A stretch of 64,000 nt of DNA from Octopus sinensis (GCF_006345805.1 NC_043002.1:744001-808000); one strand, 5' to 3'. Positions 50,446-58,220 are shown, counted from the stretch's first letter. Notes: a model not told the origin generated them from the letters alone. Numbers and translations are program-made.

Positions 50446-50749
50446 CTTAAACTTACTTTCCCTTGCGTCTGTTTGTTGCTGATGTTTTGGTTGGAAGCTG
50501 AGTGGGCTTGTCAGCTTGCACCTTGGCCACAGTGGATACATGACATTTTGTAAATGCAGAAGATGGCTTGTGTAACAGGGTTGAGGAAGAGGAGGAAGAT
50601 GAAGAAGAGGACAAGTCCTTAAAGCATACGACCTGTCGGCCAAGGTTGATGTTGCTGCAAGAGGAGCCATTCAACATGCATAATTTTTCATGGGGACCAA
50701 TGTACACGGAAGCACTGTTTACAACTGAGCAATGGCTACCTTCATACAT
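6005..50749 (-). CDS. INO80D: INO80 complex subunit D-like protein, 11 coding exons, about 1398 aa
   Basis: Manual join: 50749-50457, 33012-31556, 17050-16951, 16654-16433, 14197-14094, 12504-12371, 10384-10207, 9459-9277, 8237-8079, 7542-7438, 7266-6005. All introns are GT-AG with matching phases, and the total of 4197 nt is divisible by 3. Motifs match human INO80D as I recall it: MYEG start, [24 protein letters not shown]....[29 protein letters not shown] (zf-C3Hc3H), [13 protein letters not shown]...PT.EE.E.LERAL. Confidence 0.92.
7438..7542 (-). CDS. INO80D: INO80D coding exon 10 ([36 protein letters not shown])
   Basis: Acceptor tctttttgtag|, donor CAG|GTAAAT, phases 1/1. Resembles human LELNQEDFSDVL...FDFFEG. 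Confidence 0.88.
8079..8237 (-). CDS. INO80D: INO80D coding exon 9
   Basis: Acceptor tatttttcag|, donor CAG|GTAATT, 159 nt open, phases 1/1. Confidence 0.82.
8925..9088 (-). mobile_element. SINE family A, internally deleted and decayed
   Basis: Same head (ggtagtgagctgacagaattgttacc) and gagttc/gggttcaaatt B-box-like motif as the other family A copies. Confidence 0.65.
9277..9459 (-). CDS. INO80D: INO80D coding exon 8 (may extend to 9244 via an alternative in-frame donor)
   Basis: Lies in ORF 9233..9472. Acceptor ttttgttcag|. Donors G|GTAATT (9277) and C|GTAAGA (9244) are both phase 1. Confidence 0.8.
10207..10384 (-). CDS. INO80D: INO80D coding exon 7 (basic, NLS-like: DNYQ...[22 protein letters not shown])
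   Basis: Acceptor catttag|, donor G|GTGAGG, phases 0/1. Matches human DNF...KPRKKTKPPALTKKHKKKRRR. Confidence 0.92.
10648..10860 (+). mobile_element. Young RTE LINE 3' end (5'-truncated)
   Basis: gtggcacgtaaaaagcacccactacac...ggcgttaggaagggcatccagc...gacgttaaac(gat)n, matching the 3' UTR of the RT-bearing copy at 38161-41067. Confidence 0.85.
11925..12115. mobile_element. Tc1/mariner-type MITE remnant with about 40-bp inverted arms
   Basis: tggaggcttaataaaagtacaaaataagaaataatgaaaa (about 11957-11998) is inverted to ttttcattatttcttattttgtgcttttattaaacctcca (about 12071-12110). Begins ta-cagagtggaccaaaat. Confidence 0.6.
12371..12504 (-). CDS. INO80D: INO80D coding exon 6 ([44 protein letters not shown])
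   Basis: The best-conserved INO80D segment. Acceptor ctccag|, donor |GTGAGT. Confidence 0.95.
12870..13200 (+). mobile_element. Older RTE 3' UTR copy
   Basis: CpG-decayed version of the RTE 3' end motif (ggcattaggaagggcatccagc...ccatgccagcatggaaa). Confidence 0.75.
13513..13704. mobile_element. Decayed piggyBac-type MITE
   Basis: Similar to the copies at 28881-29108 and 52715-52919; ends gctaaaggattaa. Confidence 0.6.
14094..14197 (-). CDS. INO80D: INO80D coding exon 5 (start of C-terminal zf-C3Hc3H: [25 protein letters not shown])
   Basis: Acceptor ttttcttttcag|, donor C|GTATCC, phases 2/1. Matches human QCANKALPFTRHCFQH. Confidence 0.92.
14540..15830 (+). mobile_element. Decayed RTE LINE, apurinic endonuclease region
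   Basis: ORF fragments [31 protein letters not shown] and [27 protein letters not shown]...QINYIL. Many stops and frameshifts. Confidence 0.85.
15995..16162 (-). mobile_element. SINE family A copy
   Basis: gattgaccccagtacgtaactggtacttaatttatccaccccgaaaggatgaaaggcaaagtcaatcttggcggaatttgaactcag. Confidence 0.8.
16433..16654 (-). CDS. INO80D: INO80D coding exon 4
   Basis: Lies in ORF 16429..16740. Acceptor ttctgttttag|, donor GT|GTAAGT, phases 2/2. Confidence 0.88.
16951..17050 (-). CDS. INO80D: INO80D coding exon 3 ([34 protein letters not shown])
   Basis: Acceptor atttaaatag|, donor GA|GTAAGT, phases 1/2. Acidic segment resembles human GLDWSEESGEE...SDDDD. Confidence 0.88.
17340..18740 (-). 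mobile_element. Decayed RTE LINE (RT and C-terminal region)
   Basis: ORF fragment [30 protein letters not shown] and a remnant of the GSVLSPxLF/EEFK region. Confidence 0.75.
19080..19425 (+). mobile_element. RTE 3' UTR copy with (GAT)n tail
   Basis: Same 3' end motifs, ending acattaaacaa(tga)n. Confidence 0.8.
20289..21521. mobile_element. Non-autonomous piggyBac-type element, copy 1 (truncated by RTE sequence at about 21521)
   Basis: Starts TTAA-CACTTTCGTTACT and is a close reverse complement of 25640-26818. Has an internal direct repeat (about 20890-21015 versus 21070-21195). Confidence 0.75.
21521..21960 (+). mobile_element. Internally deleted RTE fragment
   Basis: ggtggatgctctgagagcatagctgctaaaataagaataagctgggcaaagttcagagag (RT C-terminus) joined to the 3' UTR. 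Confidence 0.75.
21962..24030 (-). mobile_element. 5'-truncated RTE LINE (RT to 3' tail), frameshifted
   Basis: ORF 23224..24045 contains [24 protein letters not shown] and LLYADDLAL. The 3' UTR carries several tandem units and an (ATC)n tail. Confidence 0.92.
24480..25030 (+). mobile_element. RTE 3' UTR copy
   Basis: gcccgtcaagccaagtgagattgtagtcatggc through ccatgccagcatggaaa and a (GAT)n tail. Confidence 0.75.
25417..26818. mobile_element. Complete non-autonomous piggyBac-type element, copy 2 (about 1.4 kb)
   Basis: TTAA target sites at both ends. TIRs are CCCTTTCGTTACT (left) and AGTAACAAAAGGG (right). No transposase ORF. Confidence 0.82.
26820..27440 (-). mobile_element. Decayed RTE RT fragment
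   Basis: ORF 26918..27115: [17 protein letters not shown]...[13 protein letters not shown]. Confidence 0.85.
28140..28340 (+). mobile_element. RTE C-terminal fragment
   Basis: agaataagaattgggtagaggaatttcagagagctattacc...gtgaaaggtagactatatgatgcttgt. Confidence 0.7.
28417..29270 (+). mobile_element. Tandem pair of about 334-bp Helitron-like units; the second is interrupted by a MITE
   Basis: Both units start A|TCTTACTATAATGGG (28417, 28751) and share colinear sequence (atcaggaaggtttt, aaagtatgat, aactctggatt, cattgtagat). Confidence 0.5.
28881..29108. mobile_element. piggyBac-type MITE
   Basis: TTAA-CCCTTTAGCATTC ... GAACACTAAAGGG-TTAA terminal inverted repeats. Confidence 0.85.
30060..31395. 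mobile_element. Patchwork of decayed RTE fragments in both orientations plus an RTE 3' UTR
   Basis: gagggagacccaggaaaatgtgggatgaagtggt (+), a pyrimidine-rich decayed segment, and a 3' UTR at about 31000-31395 ending ccatgctggcatggaaagcagacgtt. Confidence 0.6.
31556..33012 (-). CDS. INO80D: INO80D coding exon 2 (1457 nt, low-complexity S/T/N/P-rich)
   Basis: Lies in ORF 31434..32996. Acceptor ttttattgacag|, donor G|GTAAGT. Contains [11 protein letters not shown] and [10 protein letters not shown]. Confidence 0.9.
33625..34335. mobile_element. Opposite-orientation RTE 3' ends plus an RTE C-terminal fragment
   Basis: Minus copy at about 33625-33890, young plus copy at 33985-34125, and a minus ORF-end fragment at 34150-34335. 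Confidence 0.75.
35365..35480. repeat. Compound (TG)(TA)n(GA)n microsatellite
   Basis: Directly visible in the sequence. Confidence 0.95.
35640..35975 (-). mobile_element. tRNA-derived SINE family B (CORE-like)
   Basis: Reverse complement begins ggcctgtctgtggttaagaagctcac...gggttcagtccc...ccttgggcagtgtc. Confidence 0.7.
36880..37490. mobile_element. Young RTE 3' ends: minus tail stub, plus copy (36935-37267) and minus copy (37268-37490)
   Basis: CpG-intact copies of the RTE 3' UTR arranged tail-to-tail. Confidence 0.88.
37490..38160. repeat. Long compound (TA)/(TACA)/(TACATA) microsatellite
   Basis: About 670 bp of pure TA/CA-type repeats; source of the YI-repeat ORFs. Confidence 0.95.
38325..38920 (-). 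repeat. Minisatellite of about 61-bp units in the RTE 3' UTR
   Basis: Ten occurrences of ggt(g/a)ctttta about 60-62 nt apart, with two unit variants. Confidence 0.92.
38968..40587 (-). CDS. RTE LINE reverse transcriptase (539 aa uninterrupted) with embedded C4HC3 PHD-like finger
   Basis: [18 protein letters not shown]-like, [59 protein letters not shown]. Confidence 0.93.
   Translation of the reverse strand: MKTGKAPGPSGITAEMLKISGSVGYILVTRIVNQVIHEGVIPNDWCSSIIVNCYKGKGDALDTNSYRGIKLLDQVMKVTERVIAQLIRERVSLDQMQFGFVPGKSTTDAIFMVRQLQEKYLAKDKPLYLAFVDMEKAFDRVPRSLIWWSMRKLGIDEWLVKAVQAMYRDAASKVRVGTEYSEEFRVEVGVHQGSVLSPLLFIIVLQTITEEFKTGCPWELLYADDLALIAESLSELEEKFQVWKQGLESKGLRINLAKTKVLISRKVDQSQTPSGRWPCSICRKGVGRNSIRCSKCKLWTHKRCSNVKGRLTRKMVFVCGRCSGTINTEDALRPTSVTFQGEKLEVVDSFRYLGDQVSSGGGCAESITARVRIAWAKFRELLPLLVTKGLSLKVKGRLYDACVRTAMLHGSETWAETAEDLRKLARNEASMLRWMCNVSVHNRQSVSTLREKLNLRSISCCVQERRMRWYGHVMRMAEDSCVRKCHTLAVEGTCGRGRPRKTWVEAVKHDLRTLGLTKEMTSDRDLWRYAVREKTRQDQ
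41095..41235 (+). mobile_element. Young RTE 3' end
   Basis: ggcgttaggaagggcatcc...gcggacgttaaatgatgatgat, flanked by (TA)n on both sides. Confidence 0.88.
41235..42000. repeat. Long compound (TA)/(TACA) microsatellite
   Basis: About 760 bp, with internal recurrences of catacgtata. Confidence 0.95.
41998..42435. mobile_element. Young RTE 3' ends: plus (41998-42287) and minus (42338-42435)
   Basis: The plus copy is near-identical to the 36970-37260 copy; a short minus copy follows. Confidence 0.88.
42435..42697. repeat. (TA)/(TACA) microsatellite
   Basis: Directly visible in the sequence. Confidence 0.95.
42698..43960 (+). mobile_element. Non-autonomous Helitron-type element
   Basis: 5' A|TC...TATATATAAAAGGCAGTTTGTCTGTCTGTC start. 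3' GC hairpin CCTGG-GCAACG-CCGGG (43933-43948) followed by CTAG|T at 43957-43961. Confidence 0.78.
44025..44385 (-). mobile_element. tRNA-derived SINE family B (CORE-like)
   Basis: Reverse complement head ggctgtatggtaaagaagcttg...gggttcatttc...tgggcaagtgttttc, with a central (CA)n and a ttttgtttcagtcat tail. Confidence 0.8.
44791..46011 (+). mobile_element. Decayed mariner DNA transposon (near full length)
   Basis: TIR-like tattaagttgtctaaaaagttc. Transposase remnants [30 protein letters not shown] and [13 protein letters not shown]. The right end is cut by an RTE 3' end. Confidence 0.85.
46012..46090 (+). mobile_element. Very short young RTE 3' end
   Basis: ttctggcttcccagatccccggtcgaaccgtccaacccatgctagcatggagaacggacgttaaac(gat)n. 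Confidence 0.88.
46140..46860 (+). mobile_element. Decayed RTE (RT C-terminus and 3' UTR)
   Basis: ORFs [26 protein letters not shown] and [16 protein letters not shown]. Confidence 0.85.
47215..48135 (-). mobile_element. SINE family B split in two (about 47215-47430 and 47980-48135) by a MITE
   Basis: The two halves are colinear with the intact copy at 44025-44385. Confidence 0.78.
47497..47964. mobile_element. MITE with about 115-bp terminal inverted repeats
   Basis: caactaagagtgtcaagac...gtaggaaaagcacataaatgtatacatatatgctcacaggg is inverted to cccttgtgagcatatatgtatacatttatgtgcttttcctac...gtcttgacacccttagttg. Confidence 0.85.
48760..48900 (+). mobile_element. SINE fragment with V-domain-like motif
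   Basis: ctgcaatggactggcgtcccgtccagctgggggg...accacagaaaccggg with an (AAAT)n tail. A related fragment lies on the minus strand at about 14255-14308. Confidence 0.5.
50394..50439. repeat. (GA)n microsatellite just inside intron 1
   Basis: Perfect GA run ending about 17 nt from the exon 1 donor. Confidence 0.95.
50457..50749 (-). CDS. INO80D: INO80D coding exon 1 (whole exon 50795-50457 including 5' UTR)
   Basis: Acceptor tttttccag| at 50796, followed by an in-frame TAA upstream of the ATGs. ATG 50749 (MYEGSH) has G at -3; a second in-frame ATG at 50776 has a weak context. Donor AA|GTAAGT is phase 2, matching the next exon. Confidence 0.75.
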
Positions 50750-51916
50750 GACCCTGTTACAGCCACCACGGCACATGGGGTATTAATCAAGAGACCTGGA
50801 AAAACACAGATCAAGTAGATATTTTATACTACAATAATTATTTAACAAATGTTCATCTTTTAAATTTCAATAAAATTAAACAAAGCATATTAAAAATGGT
50901 TCGAATAATATTGTTTCTAGCATTCCTTAATAACTGTTCACATGGTGTCACTCTTAATTCAATACAAAAACATTTTACGTTCAAGGACTAAATATTTTCA
51001 TTTGTCTGTTACCAGTTATAAAATATCCAGAATTTGTTTTTAATTACACTTTAATTAATCAGTTTCTTACATAAGTATAAGAGAAGTCTTTGTAAGTAAA
51101 TATGCATTGACTGGACTAATAATGTTACAGACACTTGTATCATTGCTGACCCCATTAATAAATGGAAGGCAAAACAATGCATGGAAAGTAGAAGGAAACA
51201 ACTAAATACTAAAAGGCTTAGTTAAGTACCCCTATTTCTGCTAAGTCACAGCCATCTTTATACACTAATTTTCTTTTGACTAAGTGCTGTGAGGGACAAG
51301 CACAGTTTATTGAAGCAACTTCAGTATTTAAATCAACGGTTTACTTTTACTAATCATAACATTTCAAGACTTTGTTGAATCCATTTGGTCTGATGAAAGA
51401 TTTATAATAGAATTACTTGGTTCAATCAATTTTTCTAAAAAAAGAACTGTGAAATTATAGAGTCCTAAATGAAACTAAAAACATGTCCCATAGATGACTT
51501 ATAGGAATAAGACAACACATTCAATTAGTTGAAACTTAAGGACATCTGTGGAGTTTATTAACCTTCTTGTTATTAAACCAAAGCAATTCTTACACAATCT
51601 GACATTGTTACAGCATAAATATTCTTTCTTTTGATTACTTCATTATTTTCTTAATTGATAATGTCTGAAGTAGATGCATGAAACATATACATCCCTTCTG
51701 GGTGTACAGTCTATACTGTTATGTGTCCAGCTAAGATGTTTTCTTGACATTTTGATCATCTGATCCCTGCCCATATTTCTGAGGATGATCCCCTAGCATG
51801 ATAGAATATCAGACGTGGTCTTTGAGGAATATATTGCAAAATAATTTAAATGGTGCTTATCACTTGCACATGGCCGTTTCTGATGACAGTACGACAACTG
51901 GTTATAAAGGCTAGTT

Positions 51917-52004
51917 GAAATTTAAAAAAGAGATTCTATTAAAACCTACAAAGTGAACAAGGAAATTTAAAAAAGATATTCCATTAAAGCCTACAAAGTG
52001 AACA
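51917..52004. repeat. About 44-bp tandem duplication
   Basis: gaaatttaaaaaaga(g/t)att(ct/cc)attaaa(a/g)cctacaaagtgaacaa occurs twice. Confidence 0.85.
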
Positions 52005-52714
52005 ATCAAAGGCCTGAGCTCATGATGATCCACACAATAGCAATGAAAATAACTCAAATTTTTACTAGAAAAAGCTGTACCTCTGAAGTTGTTTAGCTGC
52101 AGATCAGCTCTGATTGAGCAGACTATGATCAAAGGTATTCTAGCTGTGACCATTCTGTTTTTTAGGGGTACCTAGAATATGCAATGGATTTAATAGAACC
52201 AATATTCTACTTGCGCCACCATGTTTACTGTGATGGCTTTTTCTCATCTCTGGATTTATTCCTGAAAGTGTGGGAGACAACATCAATATTATGAGGAATA
52301 GTGCAACAAAACAGTGTCAATAAAATAATGTGAAAATATCAAAAAGGTAACCTTGTTACAATTTGGAAAGACAAAGAATTTAATGTTGTTATCTTCAAAT
52401 ATAAATGAAGTGATGTCTATTACAATTCAACAAAATGAATGCTCGAAAAGAAATCATTTGCCTCAAGTTGTCAAAATTTACAACACATAGATATATAGAT
52501 AGATAGGTATAAATTTCACTGATCAGTTATGATGATGCATAAGTAGAAACTGTAGGAAAAAGTAAAGGTGTGTATCTATTTTTCTGTTCACTAAATCTGT
52601 AGCAGATTTAGAAAAGAAATTTTCCAGGTGTGAAAGCAAAAACTGAACTCAAAGGCCTATAAAGTTAACTTACAAAGACCAAAGTCTTAGAAAGAAAACA
52701 GATCTCTGCTTCCA

Positions 52715-52919
52715 TTAAGCCTTTAGCATTCAGATATTTTGTTAAATGTAATGCTTATTTCATGCACTATCCTGTAGCTCTGTGACTTCAATAATGCAAT
52801 TGTTTATTTTTTTAATGATATTGTAGGGTAGGTGCAAGAGGCTGGTTCTAGCCAGTTTGAACATAAAACAGGTAGAATATTTGGGCAGGATTTGGCCAGT
52901 TTAAATGCTAAAGGGTTAA
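52715..52919. mobile_element. piggyBac-type MITE
   Basis: TTAA-GCCTTTAGCATTC ... AAATGCTAAAGGG-TTAA, same family as 28881-29108. Confidence 0.82.
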
Positions 52920-52929
52920 AAAAAATGGT

Positions 52930-53700
52930 TTTGCTTGATGTTTAGAAAAGGAGTGGATAGAAATTCCACAGGGTGCACCCAATGCAAACTATGGACACAC
53001 AAGAGATGCAGTGGTATCACAGGAAGGTTAACAGAGAAGGTAGATTTTGTATGTTGTAAATGCTCAGGAGTAATAAACACTAGGAACACAGAGGAAAGAT
53101 TTTCTCATACATTAAGGAGGATCCCTAAAAGCAGAAGACAGCTTCTGTTACTTAGGTAACCTAATTGGCAGTGGAGGAGGAGGTTTTCAAAGTGTAGTTG
53201 TTAGAATAAGAGGCTGGGGAAAGTTCACAGAGCTATTAGTATTGTCAGTAATAAAATGATTTTTTTCTCAATGAAAAGCAAATTGTATGATGTTTGTGTA
53301 TGAACTGCAATGTTACATGGTAGTGAGATGTGGGCCATGAATGCAAAGGACTTGAGAAAACTGGAAAGAAATTAAGATAGCGACTGTGTTCATAAATGAC
53401 AAAGTATAACTGCACTGAGAGGAAAACTGGATATAAGAGAGATGCAGTGTGCAAGAAAGAAGCCTGCACTGGTATGGCCATGTGATACATAGATATATAT
53501 GGGCAGAGCTGTATAAAAAAGTGAAAATCACTTAATATGGATGGAACTTGCAGAAGAGAAACACCCAGGAAGACAAGAGATGGTGATGTAAAAGCTAATC
53601 TCAGGACTTTGAACTACATAGAGGAGATAACAGAAGACTGCGAGGACTAGCGATAAGCAGTGCTAATCTGCATCAATAAAATGATGCAGGTACTATCAAC
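52930..53700 (+). mobile_element. Decayed RTE fragment (PHD-like finger and RT C-terminus)
   Basis: [38 protein letters not shown]. Confidence 0.85.
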
Positions 53701-53759
53701 AGACCCACCCACCTTGGCAGAATTGAGATTCCACAGCACAATGTGTGTGTGCATATACA

Positions 53760-54805
53760 CACACACACATACAACTGGTCCCCTTTCCCAATTTCTGCCT
53801 CATCCATCCCCACCACCCATCTCCTAACCACCGACCCCTTCCTAACTGCAGACTTTTATCTTCTTTTTCTCACTTTCCCAAACCACTTCACTCATCATCC
53901 ATTTCCCATTCATAATACTGTCCTATGCATTCACATTTCACATTGATCTCCTTTCTGTACAACCGAATCATCACTCCTTCTCAATCATCAATCAGCCATC
54001 ATTCTCCCATAACCAGCCCAACATACAATCTTCCTTTCTCTCAGCCTTCACCTGTCTCCTCTATTATTACTATTCGACTGCTCCTCACTCCCTTCTGCAT
54101 TATCCTTCATCACCTACACTCCTGCCTTCCTCCAACTCATGTATTACAATTACTCCTCCCCTTTACCCACAACTCACTACATCCACTCCTCAACCCTTCC
54201 CAACTTCTACAAACACTACCTGATCTTCCCTACCTTCCTTCTTTTACATTTGCCTCCTCATCACTGCCCCATCTCTAAACTTCCCTCACTCTCTCCAGAC
54301 ACCCTTGCAAACTCTGTCCACCCATACTCTCTGTTCTTCTGTTCCCACTCATTTCTATTCCCCTTCTTGTACCTTGATCGCCCAACCTGAAACCTTGTCA
54401 CCACTATTTTATCTCACTTTTCAAGTCCACCCCACTTACTACCACCATCTCTTCTCTATTGCAAAAGTAGCCTGTAGCTGTTCTACAGCAGGAAAAAAAT
54501 CTCTTCTGTTCTGACCCCTTCTGCATTACTTTAACTTCTTATCTTTTAGCATAAAGCCAACCCCCATTCAACTGAAGCCAAACACTGTCAAGGGTGGGGG
54601 ACCCTGACTTGTGAGCTAAATGGTAACCTCACTAGGGCTGCTAGCACTAACAAAAAGAAAAAGGCACCCAGAATATATGGTAAAGTGGCTGGCATTAGGA
54701 AGGTCATCCAGCCATAGAAAACCATGTGAAAGAAGACACTGGAATACAAAGCAATCCTCAGATCAATCAGATCCTATCAAACCATCAGCATGGTTGATGA
54801 TAATG
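53760..54805. mobile_element. Highly decayed LINE-like segment (minus, endonuclease-like) followed by an RTE-type 3' UTR (plus)
   Basis: Purine-rich minus strand with faint APE-like motifs (GYRLL..., MNGK), and ggcattaggaaggtcatccagccatagaaacc at about 54690. Confidence 0.4.
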
Positions 54806-55329
54806 ATATGTAGAAAAACAAGTGTTCCATAGAAAGCTAGCTCATCAGCCTATCAAAAATTTCAGATACAGACAAAAAAAAAAAATGAAGTTGAATTAAG
54901 GTTTTCAACAGTGAAAACATTAACCATGTAACATGAAGGGAAAAAAAACTGAAAAAGATGCTCAAAGCAAGAGTGAGTGACATGATGAGGCTAGTTTTCT
55001 TCATATTTAAGGGATGTAAATTTTTACAATTTTTGTCATTAGTATTTGGATTCTGTGAAAATTTTTAGTATTTAGGTTCATGCTGCTTGTTTTACTTAAT
55101 TTCACAATTTATTCTTTGGTCACATAAGAAAAATCAGATTTTCAAACAAACAAAATTATTTTGACATCTTTAACAATATTTATTCTTGAAAATTTTTAAA
55201 GTGTTGTAGTTTTGATCAAGATCAAACTGATTGAGTAAGCATCTGTTATGACCATCAGCATCTTTTTTTTAAGGCATATACATCTAGGAGTACCTTATCC
55301 AATGTATTCGTGTACATTAATGTGATTTA

Positions 55330-55450
55330 AGTGAAAGTTTCTGGTTTCAGGTTCAATCCTATCAAGGGGTGCCTTGGACAAATGTTTCTCTTATAGCTTT
55401 GAATTGATCAATGTCATTTGAGAAGAATGTTATAGTTGGAAATTGTGCTG
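55330..55450 (+). mobile_element. Decayed SINE family B head
   Basis: caggttcaatcctatcaaggggtgccttggacaaatgtttc. Confidence 0.5.
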
Positions 55451-55628
55451 AAGCTTATTGTTTATATGTCCACATCTGTGCTTATGATGTCTCCCTCTAT
55501 GTCGTGTAATGCGGAATTTTGACAAAGAAAGACAGAATTACTCCAGCATGGGTACAGTTCAATCATTAGAGCCAGTAAAGCATTCGAAGACACACACATT
55601 TTCTTCCTGATTGGAGATTTTCAGTATA

Positions 55629-56472
55629 CAAGGTGGTATCAAAATGTTCCCAGACTAGTTCTGTAGCATACCAACAGATGGCAGCACACAGTTGTGTGTG
55701 CAGTGAGTGCTACCAGTGACCTTCATGAAGTAGTGTGCCGAGTGACATCACTGTGTTCACTTTGTAAGTTGTGAAATTTGTGATTTTCTGATCATGTGTA
55801 TGTTGCAGTCTGTGATTTTGTCATGGTCAGGAAGTTGGAACAAAGAGCCAACGTGAGATTTTGTGTTAAGCTTGGGAAGTCTGCTACAAAGACACCAAGC
55901 ATGTCTCGACAGGCTTATGGTGATGAGGCAATGGGTTGTACACAATGTTTTGGGTGGCACAGGCACTTCAAAAGAAGAACATCCCTGGAAGATGATGAGC
56001 AATCTGGAAGACTGGCTACACAAGCGTCACCCCTGGGAATGTGATATTGTGCATCAAGAATTTGTCCTCCAGAACAGGGCCAACAACAGTTCTACTGCAA
56101 TGACAATGCATCCTGTCACCAAGCTCTCCTCATTCATGAGTTTCTCACCAAAAGCAACATGGTATCACTTCCACACCTGCCCTATTCACCAGATTTAGCA
56201 CCTGTGAACTTCCATCTCTTCTCTAAGATGAGAATGCAGCTCAAAGGTTGCCATTTTAACCCTGTCACTGAGATCCAGAGCGAATCACAGAAGGTCCTTG
56301 ACTCACATATAGAAAATGACTTTCAGGCCAGATTCCAAAAGTGGCAGAAACACTGGGACTGGTGTATTGCTGTGCAAGGTGACTGTTTCAATGGAGATGA
56401 GGTTAAAACTTTGGTAAATAAGTTATTTTTTATTAAACATAACTGGTCTGGGAACCTTTTGATACCACCTCA
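55629..56472 (+). mobile_element. Internally deleted mariner (irritans-like TIRs)
   Basis: TA-flanked TIRs caaggtggtatcaaaatgttcccagactagt and actggtctgggaaccttttgataccacctca. Transposase remnants QRANVRFCVKLGKSAT and HLPYSPDLAPVNFHLF. Confidence 0.9.
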
Positions 56473-57039
56473 TATTTTGATAGGTAACAAATTGGTAAAG
56501 AAAACATTCTTTCTTTAAAAGGGGGGTATTTTCCTTTCTACTATCCTTTGAACAGCCATGTATCTCAAATTTTTAATGTTTTACAAATTTTTACTACTCC
56601 AAATATTATGATCATTTGTAGCAAAAAAGAATAATGAAGCCATGGTATTTCTCCAAGGTACCAAGATGAGCCATACTTTGATCCAAGAAGATTGGTACAT
56701 AACTTGCCATTTCAATGATTTGTAGACTCCTCATCATTGGTTAAAACGCCTTCTTTTTCCAGTATTTTTTGCACCACATTGATCCCATGCAGATTCCTCC
56801 CACAACAGGACCCAATTTCATTTCATGGTCCCAAACAACAATTTCAGGAGGTTTGAGCAATATTCACTCGATCCATTAGTCACCATATGTTTGTCTTTGT
56901 TATTTTTTCTTTCTTACTTTATTCATATCATTCTGGTGTTTCAATGTGCCTTATGGAAAACTAGTATCTGGAAGACATACTCTCAGAGTTAGACATGATG
57001 TAGCCATATTTGTCATCAGCTGAAGATTTCTCTCTTTTA

Positions 57040-57425
57040 CCATCATCATCATTTAACATTTGTTTTCCATGCTGGCATGGGTTGTGGCAAGCCAGTAGGC
57101 TGCACCAGGCTCCAATCTGATCTTGCAAGGTTTCTACAGCTGGATGCCCTTCCTAATGCCAATCACTCTGAGAGTGTAGTGGGTGCTTTTTATGTGCCAC
57201 CAGCAGGGGAGCCAGTTGGTGGGGCACTGGTATCAACCATGTGTGGATGGTGCTTTTTACGTGCCACCGGCACAGGGAGCCGGTCAGGTAGCATTGGCAT
57301 TGACCCACGCTTAAGTGGTGCTTATTACGTGCCACCAGCACAGGTGCCAGTCAGGTGGCACTGGTATCAGCTACAACAACAATTTCCATTTTGATTTTAC
57401 TTAACTCAATAGGTCCTCTCAAGTG
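57040..57425 (-). mobile_element. RTE 3' UTR copy with three tandem units
   Basis: catcatcatcatttaacatttgttttccatgctggcatggg...ggtgctttttacgtgccaccggcac. Confidence 0.82.
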
Positions 57426-58059
57426 CAACATATTGCATGATGATTCAAAGGTACTTTATTGCACGTATTACATCCCACACCCCAAACTACTTCCAACCCC
57501 CACCATTCCAACCAATCATTTTAAATGCTTTAACAATGGTCTGTATTTCTCAGTTCAAGTCCTTACATTCAAAATTCGTACTGAACTTGTTTATTTTCTT
57601 GGTTTGTTGGAATCTAAAGAAAGGTTTTGCAATGTTTGTTGGAGAGAGAGAGAGAGAGATGCATATCAGTCTTCTTCAAGTTCATTAGCTATCCTAATAA
57701 TGTTGAATTTTCATTTGCATGACCTTTTTTCTCTGATGGAAACAATGGTCTTGTATCATGTTAATATAAACTTGCATGGAAAATATAACAAGTCTACCTC
57801 CCTCCTGACGTTGAAATGTCCAATACCATGGAGAAATTTTCAAGTTCTTACATTCATTTCACTATGTTCTTGTGATAATCATTCAAACGTCAGGAGAGAC
57901 CCTTTTACAGACTGGCAGTTCTGATGACCAGAATTCCTTTACTCTGCAGCAATTCATATTTCACCTCCTTTTTAATTAATGACATTCTCATCCCATCCTG
58001 GTTACAAGTTCTAACTTGAATGTAAAAGACTGTAGTGCCAAGGTTGTTTGTGTTTAGTT

Positions 58060-58220
58060 TTTAGGAGTACTCTTCCATGTTGGCATGGGCTGGACAGGAG
58101 CTGGCAAACCAGAGACCTGCACAAGGCTCCATTGTCTCTACTGTCTAATGGCTGGGTGCCCTTCCAAATGCTAACCACTTTACAGAGTGTACAGGGTGCT
58201 TTTTATGTAGTGGCACACAT
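58060..58220 (-). mobile_element. Decayed RTE 3' end
   Basis: ttccatgttggcatgggctggacaggagctggc...gggtgcccttcc. Confidence 0.65.

Noticed and set aside
50568-50786. Plus-strand acidic ORF ([10 protein letters not shown]); likewise 9324..9521 and 17007..17333
   Set aside because: Antisense shadows of INO80D exons.
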